Shown: positions 9,637 through 17,890 of the stretch, one piece after another
Layout of the letters: the number at the start of each line of letters is the position of its first letter
Numbering within the stretch: the stretch's first letter is position 1
From: Clostridia bacterium
GTDB taxonomy: Bacteria; Bacillota; Clostridia; Oscillospirales; CAG-272
Direction of reading: 5' to 3'
DNA length: 36,333 nt
NCBI GenBank assembly: GCA_017513325.1
Contig: JAFXGC010000096.1
Coordinates: forward strand, 1-36,333
Notes under the pieces: model-generated
What the model saw: only the letters and a program-made list of their open reading frames with translations
What the model was told of the DNA's origin: nothing
Database searches by the model: none
Made by a program: the position numbers and the translations under genes

Positions 9637-10212
9637 ATGAAATATAAGGAAGCGCTGATGCGCAGTGTGGTCATAGTAACCATATTGGTATTGTCAGTTA
9701 TTTGCGGACTTCTGTTCCAGTTTTTTTATGATAAATACGAGAGAAATGCATATCCCAAAGAATATGAGGAATACGTAGAAAAATACGCTTCCCAGTATGG
9801 CGTGCCGGAAAGTGTAGTATATGCCGTGATCAAAACAGAAAGCGGGTATGATTCCGGAGCTGTTTCCGAAGCAGGAGCAGTAGGTCTGATGCAGATGATG
9901 CCCGACACGTTTAACTGGCTTACAACGTTAACGAAAGAAAACCTTGATAAAGGTTTGCTGTATGATCCTGAAACAAACATAAAGTATGGAACATACTATC
10001 TTTCCTATCTCTACCTTAAATACGGAACTTGGGACACTGTTTATGCTGCTTACAACGCCGGTGAAGGGAATGTTGATGAGTGGCTGGGAGACTCCCTTGA
10101 AGCTGATGGTGCAAAAAAACTGAACGATGTTCCGTTTAAGGAAACAGAGAACTATATAAAAAAAGTAAATAAAGCAGCTGAAATATATGACAGACTGTAT
10201 TATAAAGCATAG
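9637..10212 (+). CDS. SLT-domain lytic transglycosylase with N-terminal membrane anchor
   Basis: AVIKTES (catalytic Glu), GAVGLMQ, AAYNAG, PFKETENY; coaE-slt linkage is typical of clostridia. Confidence 0.93.
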   Translation: MKYKEALMRSVVIVTILVLSVICGLLFQFFYDKYERNAYPKEYEEYVEKYASQYGVPESVVYAVIKTESGYDSGAVSEAGAVGLMQMMPDTFNWLTTLTKENLDKGLLYDPETNIKYGTYYLSYLYLKYGTWDTVYAAYNAGEGNVDEWLGDSLEADGAKKLNDVPFKETENYIKKVNKAAEIYDRLYYKA

Positions 10213-10230
10213 TATATGGAGGTAAATACA

Positions 10231-11646
10231 ATGGAAATGGAAAACAAAACAAAGGGTGAATTACTTCGTGAAGAGCTTTTTTACACAAAAAAGAGTGTTT
10301 TTGAGGTAAGAACTCTCGCAGAGCTTGATGAAGCCAGAGAATATGCAAAGGGATATGCAGAATATCTTGATAACTCAAAAACTGAAAGAGAAGCAGTAAT
10401 CACAACAATAAAGATGCTTAAGGAAAGAGGATACACAGAATATTCTCTTGGCGATAAGGTCGTTCCCGGCGGAAAGTACTATCTCAACAATCGTGGTAAG
10501 GAAATCTTTGCTTTCAGAATGGGCACTGAAAGCCTTAACGAAGGTATGCGTATCAGCGCAGCTCATATTGATAGTCCCCGTCTTGATCTGAAGCAGCATC
10601 CTCTCTTTGAAGATGGTGGCTTCGGCTATCTTAAAACACATTACTATGGTGGTATCAGAAAGTATCAGTGGCCCACAATTCAGCTTGCTCTTCACGGTGT
10701 TGTAACAAAGCGCGGCGGAGAAACAGTTGAAATCAGTATCGGTGAAGATGCAGGTGATCCTGTATTTGTTATTACAGACCTTCTTCCTCACCTTAGTGGT
10801 GATCAGAATAAAAAGCCTCTTGCTTCAGCATTCTCCGGAGAAGGCCTTAACCTTCTTGTTGGTTCCACTCCTTTCTATGAGGATGACGGTACAGTAACAA
10901 AGGTTGACGAAAAGGTTAAGCTTAATATTATGGCGATGCTTAATGAAAAGTATGGTATCGTTGAAAGCGATTTCGTATGTGCTGAGCTTTGCGCAGTTCC
11001 TGCAGGAAAGAGCGTTGATGTAGGTCTTGACAGATGGCTCCTCGGTGGATATGGTCATGACGACAGAGTTTGTGCATATCCTGCACTTACAGCACTCTGG
11101 GCGACAGATGATAGCGTACATACAGTGGTTTGTGTTCTCGCTGATAAGGAAGAAACAGGCAGTGACGGCCCCACAGGTATGCAGTGCTGGATCCTTTCAG
11201 ATCTTATTGACGAGCTTTGCGCAGCGACAGGTGCTAATTCCAACATATGCCGTTCTAAGTCTATGTGCCTTTCTGCAGACGTAAGCGCAGGCTTTGATCC
11301 TCTTTATCCCGAAGTATTTGAAAAACGCAATTCTGCAATCGTAAACTGTGGCGTTGTTGTTAATAAATACACAGGCGCGGGCGGAAAATATTCTACAAAC
11401 GATGCTACAGCAGAGTTTGTTGGTAAAGTAAGAGATCTCTTCGGTGATGACGTGCTCTGGCAGACTGCTGAACTCGGTAAGATCGACGTTGGCGGTGGCG
11501 GAACTGTTGCCAAGTATATATCCAACTGCAATATTGATACAATTGACGTGGGTGTTCCCGTGCTTTCAATGCACGCTCCTTTTGAAGTTATTTCCAAGGG
11601 CGACCTTTACGAGACACACAAGGCATTTGTTGCGTTCTGCAAATAA
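10231..11646 (+). CDS. M18-family aminopeptidase (ApeA-like)
   Basis: AHIDSPRLDLK, THYYGGIRKYQW, GHDDRVC, DKEETGS, GGGGT, SMHAP. Confidence 0.92.
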   Translation: MEMENKTKGELLREELFYTKKSVFEVRTLAELDEAREYAKGYAEYLDNSKTEREAVITTIKMLKERGYTEYSLGDKVVPGGKYYLNNRGKEIFAFRMGTESLNEGMRISAAHIDSPRLDLKQHPLFEDGGFGYLKTHYYGGIRKYQWPTIQLALHGVVTKRGGETVEISIGEDAGDPVFVITDLLPHLSGDQNKKPLASAFSGEGLNLLVGSTPFYEDDGTVTKVDEKVKLNIMAMLNEKYGIVESDFVCAELCAVPAGKSVDVGLDRWLLGGYGHDDRVCAYPALTALWATDDSVHTVVCVLADKEETGSDGPTGMQCWILSDLIDELCAATGANSNICRSKSMCLSADVSAGFDPLYPEVFEKRNSAIVNCGVVVNKYTGAGGKYSTNDATAEFVGKVRDLFGDDVLWQTAELGKIDVGGGGTVAKYISNCNIDTIDVGVPVLSMHAPFEVISKGDLYETHKAFVAFCK

Positions 11647-11648
11647 AA

Positions 11649-11689
11649 GCCTTCCACTGGGGAAAGTGGGACCGTTGGCGGTTGATGAG
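11649..11689 (+). repeat. REP-like GC-rich extragenic repeat, copy 1
   Basis: GCCTTCCACTGGGGAAAGTGGGACCGTTGGCGGTTGATGAG; 34/41 identical to 13918-13958. Confidence 0.75.
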
Positions 11690-11779
11690 AAATCAGGGCT
11701 TATACTTTAAAAGGCTGAGATGATTGATTAATACCAGGAGATGGTTCTAGTTTCAAAATATCCCCCATAGGAGAAATTA

Positions 11780-12853
11780 ATGTTAAATAAACTCAAAGAA
11801 GTTAAAGAAAACTTTTTATCCATAGAAGCGCGTCTTGCGCTTCCGGAAACTGCTTCAGATAATAATCTCTATAAAAAGCTGATGCGTGAATATAAGCATC
11901 TCGCCCCCATAGTTGAGAAATATGCGGAGTATGAGAAAACACAGGCTGATGTTGAAGGTGCGCGCGAAATAATGGAAGAAGAGACAGACAGCGAAATGCG
12001 CGAAATGGCGGCAGATGAATACTATAGCGGTAAAGATGAGCTGGTTCGAATAGAAGAAGAACTTAAGGTTCTGCTGCTCCCGAAAGATCCTAACGATGAT
12101 AAAAACGTTGTCGTTGAGATCAGAGCCGGGGCAGGCGGAGACGAAGCAGCTTTGTTTGCAGGTGTTCTTTATCGTATGTATTCAATGTATGCAGAGAGTA
12201 AGCGTTGGAAAACTGAGCTTATCTCTGCAAACGAAACAGGGCTTGGCGGTTTCAGAGAAATATCTTTTATGATAGACGGAGAAGGCGCATATTCGCGTCT
12301 GAAATATGAATCGGGAGTTCATCGTGTTCAGCGTGTTCCCGAAACAGAATCATCAGGCAGAATCCATACTTCAACAGCAACCGTAGCAGTGCTTCCCGAA
12401 GCTGAAGACGTTGAGGTCGAGATCAATCAGAGCGATCTTGAAATCGAAACCTGTAAGTCAAGCGGCGCAGGTGGTCAGCACATCAATAAAACTGAGTCTG
12501 CAATCAGAATCATTCATAAGCCTACGGGTATAGTAGTTGAGTGTCAGGATGAGCGCAGCCAGTTGAAAAATAAAGATAAAGCAATGAAACTGCTCCGAGC
12601 GAAACTCTTTGATATGAAGCAGAGAGAGCAGGCTGATAAAATTGCGAGCGAGCGTCGTTCTCAGGTTGGAACGGGTGACCGCAGCGAGCGTATCAGAACC
12701 TATAATTTCCGTGAAAACAGAGTATCCGATCACAGAATAGGCTTGACAGTATACACGCTTGATGCCTTTGTAAACGGTGATATAGACGGTGTTATAGATG
12801 CCCTTGCAACAGCTGACACAGCTGAAAAGCTTAAGGGTGAGTCAAATTCATAA
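11780..12853 (+). CDS. prfA: Peptide chain release factor 1
   Basis: GAGGQH (GGQ), VHRVQRVPETE (PxT motif specific to RF1), GDRSERIRTYN. Confidence 0.97.
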   Translation: MLNKLKEVKENFLSIEARLALPETASDNNLYKKLMREYKHLAPIVEKYAEYEKTQADVEGAREIMEEETDSEMREMAADEYYSGKDELVRIEEELKVLLLPKDPNDDKNVVVEIRAGAGGDEAALFAGVLYRMYSMYAESKRWKTELISANETGLGGFREISFMIDGEGAYSRLKYESGVHRVQRVPETESSGRIHTSTATVAVLPEAEDVEVEINQSDLEIETCKSSGAGGQHINKTESAIRIIHKPTGIVVECQDERSQLKNKDKAMKLLRAKLFDMKQREQADKIASERRSQVGTGDRSERIRTYNFRENRVSDHRIGLTVYTLDAFVNGDIDGVIDALATADTAEKLKGESNS

Positions 12854-12865
12854 AAAAGCTTAGTT

Positions 12866-12892
12866 ATGGGGCGGAGTTTCCTCCGCCCACAT
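12866..12892 (+). other. GC-rich stem-loop between prfA and sua5
   Basis: GGGCGGAG-TTTC-CTCCGCCC core with no U-tract. Confidence 0.5.
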
Positions 12893-12899
12893 ATTAAAG

Positions 12900-13973
12900 G
12901 TGAAAAAATTGAAAACAGAATTAGTGATTCCATCTGCTGCGGTATATGAAAGAGCAGGGGAAATACTTCGCCGAGGCGGACTTGTTGCGTTTCCTACAGA
13001 AACTGTTTACGGATTGGGAGGAAATGCACTTGATCCGGATGCCGCAACAAAGATTTTTGCGGCTAAAGGCAGGCCAAGTGACAACCCTCTGATAGTTCAT
13101 ATTTCCTCACCTGAAGATGCGGAGAATATTGCATATACAAATGAAACATATTATAAGCTTGCAAAAGCTTTTATGCCCGGTCCACTTACTGTAGTCCTTC
13201 CTAAAAAGGATATAGTGCCTGATTCGGTGACAGGAGGTATAAAAACGGTGGCAGTTCGCTGTCCATCCCATCCTGTGGCAAGAGAACTTATAAGAGTTGC
13301 AAAGGTGCCTATAGCTGCGCCTTCTGCTAATCTTTCAGGATCTCCCTCTCCTACAACTGCGGATTATGTTATGCGCGATATGGATGGAAGAATTGAAATG
13401 ATAATCGACGGTGGACAGTCGGAAATAGGCGTGGAGAGCACAGTGGTCTCACTCACAGGTGATGTGTGTACAGTTCTTCGCCCCGGTGATATCATTCCTC
13501 GAGAGCTGTATGAAGTTGTTGGTGAGGTTGCTGTTGCAGAGGCGGTGAAGGTTCCTTCTGCGGCAGGTGACAATCCTGAATCTCCCGGAATGAAGTATAA
13601 GCACTATGCCCCTGAAACACAGCTTATTCTTCTCAGTGGCGAAAGAGAAGACGTTATAAGCTATGTAAATAATGAAAAAAGAAAAAAGGCAGTGCTCTCA
13701 TATTCTGAGGACACTGGAAAATATAAAGATGCATATGTAATTGACATAGGCAGCGCAGATGATCCAAAAAGTCAGATGTACAATCTTTTCAAAGCTCTCC
13801 GAGACGTTGAAAAAGCGGATGCGGATATCATCTATGCTAATCTTCCCCCCGAAAATGATGATTTTCTGGCTCTTTATAACAGAATGATCCGAGCTTGCGG
13901 CGGAGAGGTTGTTCCTTGCCTTCCCTTGGGGGAAGGGGGACCGCTTGCGGTGGATGAGGAGTTTACTATTTAG
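12900..13973 (+). CDS. sua5: Threonylcarbamoyl-AMP synthase (Sua5/YwlC, TsaC2)
   Basis: VAFPTETVYGL, KGRPSDNPLIVH, APSANLSG, SPGMKYKHYAP linker; GTG start. Confidence 0.95.
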   Translation: MKKLKTELVIPSAAVYERAGEILRRGGLVAFPTETVYGLGGNALDPDAATKIFAAKGRPSDNPLIVHISSPEDAENIAYTNETYYKLAKAFMPGPLTVVLPKKDIVPDSVTGGIKTVAVRCPSHPVARELIRVAKVPIAAPSANLSGSPSPTTADYVMRDMDGRIEMIIDGGQSEIGVESTVVSLTGDVCTVLRPGDIIPRELYEVVGEVAVAEAVKVPSAAGDNPESPGMKYKHYAPETQLILLSGEREDVISYVNNEKRKKAVLSYSEDTGKYKDAYVIDIGSADDPKSQMYNLFKALRDVEKADADIIYANLPPENDDFLALYNRMIRACGGEVVPCLPLGEGGPLAVDEEFTI

Positions 13974-14053
13974 CTAGCGTTATATTATAAGTTTTGCTAA
14001 GCCAAGATGCCTCATCAGTCTCGTGAACTCGATAGCTTTCCCACGGGGAAGCC
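13918..14053. repeat. Inverted pair of REP-like repeats (copy 2 forward 13918-13958; divergent copy 3 reverse 14010-14053)
   Basis: Both carry a CTTCCC-N3/4-GGGAA palindrome and end in GATGAGG; they are in opposite orientation. Confidence 0.7.
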
Positions 14054-14079
14054 AAATATTTTAAGGAACGGTAAAGTAA

Positions 14080-16314
14080 ATGGCAAGAAAGAAAAAGGTA
14101 GAGAAGGTAGAATTACCTCATGCACCTGCTGTGAATCAGCCTATAACGGAAACGATCGAAAAAAACTATATGCCCTATGCAATGAGTGTTATAGTTTCAA
14201 GAGCAATTCCTGAAATTGACGGTTTCAAACCTTCTCACCGAAAATTGCTTTATACAATGTATAAAATGGGGCTGCTCAACGGTTCCCGCACCAAAAGTGC
14301 TAATATCGTAGGACAGACAATGCGCCTCAACCCCCACGGAGATGCTTCCATATACGAAACAATGGTGCGTCTTACACGTGGTAATGAGAGCCTGCTCCAT
14401 CCTTTTGTAGACTCAAAAGGTTCTTTTGGTAAACAGTACAGCAGAGATATGGCGTACGCCGCATCCCGATATACAGAAGCTCGTCTTGATCCCATATGCG
14501 CTGAGCTTTTTGATGGAATTGATAAGAATGCAGTGGATCTTGTTCCTAATTACGATAACACAACAACAGAACCGACATTGCTTCCCACAACATTTCCCAA
14601 CGTTCTTGTAACACCTAATATGGGTATCGCTGTTGGTATGGCGTCACAGATATGCTCATTTAACTTGGGTGAAGTTTGCGATGGAACTATTGCATTACTT
14701 AAAAACCCCAAGATAACGACAGATAAAATGCTGGATCTCATTAAAGCTCCCGATTTTGCCGGTGGAGCAATGCTTATTTACGACAGGGAACAGCTGAAAA
14801 CTATATATGTAACAGGTCGCGGCAGCGTACGCCTTCGTTCCAGATATAGCTATGATAAAGAAAATAACTGTATAGATATTCTTCAGATTCCTTATTCAAC
14901 TTCTATCGAGGTTATCATTAAAAAGATCGTTGATCTCATAAAGGAAGGAAAGCTTAAGGAAATCACAGATATCCGAGACGAGATAGGACTTGAAGGCTTC
15001 AGATTAACAATTGACCTTCGTCGCGGAGTTGATCCCGATGCTCTTATGGCAAAGCTTTATAAGCTCACAACCCTGCAGGATGATTTTTCCTGTAACTTCA
15101 ATGTGCTTATAGATTCTTCTCCCCGCCAGCTTGGAGTTGTTGATATTCTTAGAGAGTGGATTCGTTTCAGAATGAATTGTCTCTCAAGAGAGTTGACCTT
15201 TGACCTTGGTAAGAAGAAGGATAAGCTGCACCTTCTAAAAGCTCTCAGTAAGATTCTGCTTGATATTGATAAAGCTATCAAGATCATCCGCGAAACTGAA
15301 AAAGAAGCTGACGTTATACCTAACCTTATGTCAGGCTTTGATATAGATAAGGTTCAGGCTGAGTATGTGGCTGAAATCAAGCTTCGTCATCTGAACCACG
15401 AGTATCTTATTAACAGAGTTAAAGAAATAGAAAGCCTTCGTGCTGAAATCAAGGAAATCGAGGCTATTCTTGCTGATGAGATCAAGCTGAAAGGCGTTAT
15501 AGCAGAACAGCTTAAAGCAATCAAGAAAAAATATGCAAAGCCAAGAAAGACTCAGCTTATATTTGCTGATGATATCATTGAGGCTCCTAAAACTGAAGAA
15601 ATTGAAAATTATAATTGTCGTATCGTTCTCACTCGTGACGGATATTTCAAAAAAGTAACTCATCAGTCACTAAGAGGTAACGACGAGCATAGACTAAAGG
15701 ATGGAGACGAGATTATCTGCAGCGAGGACGCGCAGAACATAGATGATCTGTTTGTTGTAACTGACAGATGCCACACATATAAGGTGAAATTGTCAATGTT
15801 TGAACCTGTAAAGGCGTCTCTAATGGGTGACTACCTTCCCGCAAAGCTTGATTTTGAAGACGGTGAAAAACCGATTCTTATCAAAGCAATAAATGATAGC
15901 TTTAAAGCAGAGCACCATATCATTTATATTTTTGAAAACGGTAAGGGCGTCAGAATCCCTGTTTCAGCTTATGAAACAAAATCAAACCGTAAAAAGCTCA
16001 CAAACGCATATAGTGCGGCATCTCCTGTAGTTGCGGCTCTTTATGAAAACGAAACCTGTGAGGTTCTCATTGGCAGTGATGCAGGACGAGGAATTCTTAT
16101 TAAATCCTCTCTTATCCCTGAGAAAACAACGAGAACGGCAGGTGGCGTAACACTGTTCACGTTAAAGAAAAATCAGAAAGTTATTCTTGCGGCAAACGGT
16201 GAAAGACTTGAAAAATATGAGGGCGCATCCAAATGCAGAAAAATCAAAATTCCTGCAACGGGTAACCCCCTCACCATACCTGATCTTGCGGATATGCAGA
16301 TCGGTATTGAATAA
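14080..16314 (+). CDS. Type IIA DNA topoisomerase subunit A (GyrA/ParC family, ParC-like)
   Basis: SRAIPEIDGFKP, NPHGD, catalytic AASRYTE; C-terminal pinwheel-type region without a GyrA-box. Confidence 0.9.
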   Translation: MARKKKVEKVELPHAPAVNQPITETIEKNYMPYAMSVIVSRAIPEIDGFKPSHRKLLYTMYKMGLLNGSRTKSANIVGQTMRLNPHGDASIYETMVRLTRGNESLLHPFVDSKGSFGKQYSRDMAYAASRYTEARLDPICAELFDGIDKNAVDLVPNYDNTTTEPTLLPTTFPNVLVTPNMGIAVGMASQICSFNLGEVCDGTIALLKNPKITTDKMLDLIKAPDFAGGAMLIYDREQLKTIYVTGRGSVRLRSRYSYDKENNCIDILQIPYSTSIEVIIKKIVDLIKEGKLKEITDIRDEIGLEGFRLTIDLRRGVDPDALMAKLYKLTTLQDDFSCNFNVLIDSSPRQLGVVDILREWIRFRMNCLSRELTFDLGKKKDKLHLLKALSKILLDIDKAIKIIRETEKEADVIPNLMSGFDIDKVQAEYVAEIKLRHLNHEYLINRVKEIESLRAEIKEIEAILADEIKLKGVIAEQLKAIKKKYAKPRKTQLIFADDIIEAPKTEEIENYNCRIVLTRDGYFKKVTHQSLRGNDEHRLKDGDEIICSEDAQNIDDLFVVTDRCHTYKVKLSMFEPVKASLMGDYLPAKLDFEDGEKPILIKAINDSFKAEHHIIYIFENGKGVRIPVSAYETKSNRKKLTNAYSAASPVVAALYENETCEVLIGSDAGRGILIKSSLIPEKTTRTAGGVTLFTLKKNQKVILAANGERLEKYEGASKCRKIKIPATGNPLTIPDLADMQIGIE

Positions 16315-16343
16315 TCCTGTATAGAAAGGTAAGTGAAGTTGAA

Positions 16344-16451
16344 ATGCAGAAAAAATCAGTTAAAACTATAGTGCGCATTATCGCTATTGTATTGGTAGGA
16401 TTAATGGTGCTCAGCTGCGCTTCAGTAGTGGTTCCGTTCTTGTTTGGCTGA
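16344..16451 (+). CDS. Small single-pass membrane peptide, 35 aa (DUF4044-like architecture; not in ORF track)
   Basis: MQKKSVKTIVRIIAIVLVGLMVLSCASVVVPFLFG*; purine-rich upstream sequence (GAAAGGTAAG); fills the intergenic gap. Confidence 0.65.
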   Translation: MQKKSVKTIVRIIAIVLVGLMVLSCASVVVPFLFG

Positions 16452-16484
16452 TTTTCAATATCCTCATATGGAGTTTGATTTTCA

Positions 16485-17663
16485 GTGAATTATCAAAAAA
16501 CCAAAACAGCGTGTTATCTTGGTTACGTAACTCACGCTGTAGCAGTAAACCTGGCTCCGCTTTTGTTCGCTTGTTTTCAGCGTACATATGAGGTGAAGCT
16601 GGGTTTTCTTGCTTTTTTAACCTTTATAACTTTTACAGTTCAGATTTTCGTAGACCTTTCAGCTGTGAAGTTTATTGAAAAGGTAAGCTTCAGAGCACTT
16701 GCTGTAACAAGTCAGTATTTGTGTGCTATAGGTCTTGTTTTGCTTGGCATTTTGCCCGATATGATAATGCCGGAGATTGCATTTCTCATAGCTTCAGCAT
16801 TTTATTCCGTTGGCAGCGGAATGGCTGAAGTTGTGCTTTCACCGCTGATTGAAGCTATTCCTGAAGAAGGCAAAGGATCATCTCTTTCTTTGCTGCATTC
16901 TTTTTATTCATGGGGCCACGTGCTTGTTATTTTAGTGACAACGCTTCTGTTGAGACTGACCGGGGATGAATTGTGGTTTGTTATACCTGTTATTTGGTCT
17001 TCAATACCTCTCAGTTGTGCGGTGAAATTCAGTCGTGTGCCAATTCCAGATATGATCTGTCACGAAGAAGGAAAAAGCATCAATGGGCTTTTTAAATGCA
17101 AATTATTCGTTCTCTTTTTCGTAATGATGATATCTGCAGGGGCACTGGAACAGATAATGGCTCAATGGTCCTCTTATTACGCTGAGGTAGCTTTGAGTGT
17201 TCCGAAAACAATGGGAGACCTTATAGGTCCGTTTATATTTGCTGTTGCTATGGCTGTTGGAAGAACGTACTATGGGGTATTTGGCAGCAGAGTTGAACTG
17301 AATAGAGCACTGGTGATTCTATCTGTGCTGACAGCATTGTGTTTTATTTCAGTCTCACTTGCAGAATTGCCTATAGTCAGTCTGTGCTCTATGGGTGTAT
17401 CCGGTATTGGAATAAGTTTGTTGTGGCCGGGAGTGCTGTCTTTGGCTAAAGAAAAATATAAAGGCGGAGGTGCATCAATGTTTGCATTTTTGGCCTTTGG
17501 AGGGGATATCGGATGTTCTCTCGGACCCTTTATGTGCGGCAGTATTTCGGATATGATTGAAAGTAGCAATTCGCTTAGAATAGGTATTTTATCCGGAGTT
17601 TTGTTTTCTTTAATTATGATAACAGGTCTTATATTGATAATAAAAAGAAAAAAAGTCTCGTAA
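16485..17663 (+). CDS. MFS transporter
   Basis: 392 aa, about 12 hydrophobic segments, SLLHSFYSWG and GDIGCSLGP motifs. Confidence 0.88.
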   Translation: MNYQKTKTACYLGYVTHAVAVNLAPLLFACFQRTYEVKLGFLAFLTFITFTVQIFVDLSAVKFIEKVSFRALAVTSQYLCAIGLVLLGILPDMIMPEIAFLIASAFYSVGSGMAEVVLSPLIEAIPEEGKGSSLSLLHSFYSWGHVLVILVTTLLLRLTGDELWFVIPVIWSSIPLSCAVKFSRVPIPDMICHEEGKSINGLFKCKLFVLFFVMMISAGALEQIMAQWSSYYAEVALSVPKTMGDLIGPFIFAVAMAVGRTYYGVFGSRVELNRALVILSVLTALCFISVSLAELPIVSLCSMGVSGIGISLLWPGVLSLAKEKYKGGGASMFAFLAFGGDIGCSLGPFMCGSISDMIESSNSLRIGILSGVLFSLIMITGLILIIKRKKVS

Positions 17664-17681
17664 GAGACTTTTTTTCTTCTT
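17644..17681. terminator. Bidirectional terminator
   Basis: AAGAAAAAAAGTCTC-GTAA-GAGACTTTTTTTCTT overlapping the MFS stop codon. Confidence 0.8.
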
Positions 17682-17720
17682 GGCATATGTATTTGGTATT
17701 CTATGAAAAGAATTTGGAAA

Positions 17721-17873
17721 TCATTTTTTGTGGCAGCTTTCGCTGAATGCACAGCCGTTGCAACCACAGGAGCAGGAGGATTTTCCTTGCTTCTTTTTTA
17801 TTATTTCATTTACAATGATTGCAATAAATATAATTGCAATCACTGATGCGATAATTATTGTAGGAGCGTTCAT
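17721..17873 (-). CDS. FeoB-associated Cys-rich membrane protein, 50 aa (not in ORF track)
   Basis: MNAPTIIIASVIAIIFIAIIVNEIIKKKQGKSSCSCGCNGCAFSESCHKK*; GGAGG RBS; directly after feoB. Confidence 0.92.
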   Translation of the reverse strand: MNAPTIIIASVIAIIFIAIIVNEIIKKKQGKSSCSCGCNGCAFSESCHKK

Positions 17874-17890
17874 AACAACCTCCGAAGGAT

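Noticed and set aside
9637-10212. Lytic transglycosylase as the lysis or tail enzyme of the phage module
   Set aside because: It is 20 kb away and sits in the ordinary clostridial coaE-slt housekeeping context.
11444-11710. Alternative-frame ORF ending SLPLGKVGPLAVDEK, similar to the Sua5 tail
   Set aside because: The similarity comes from the shared DNA repeat, not from a real paralogous protein.
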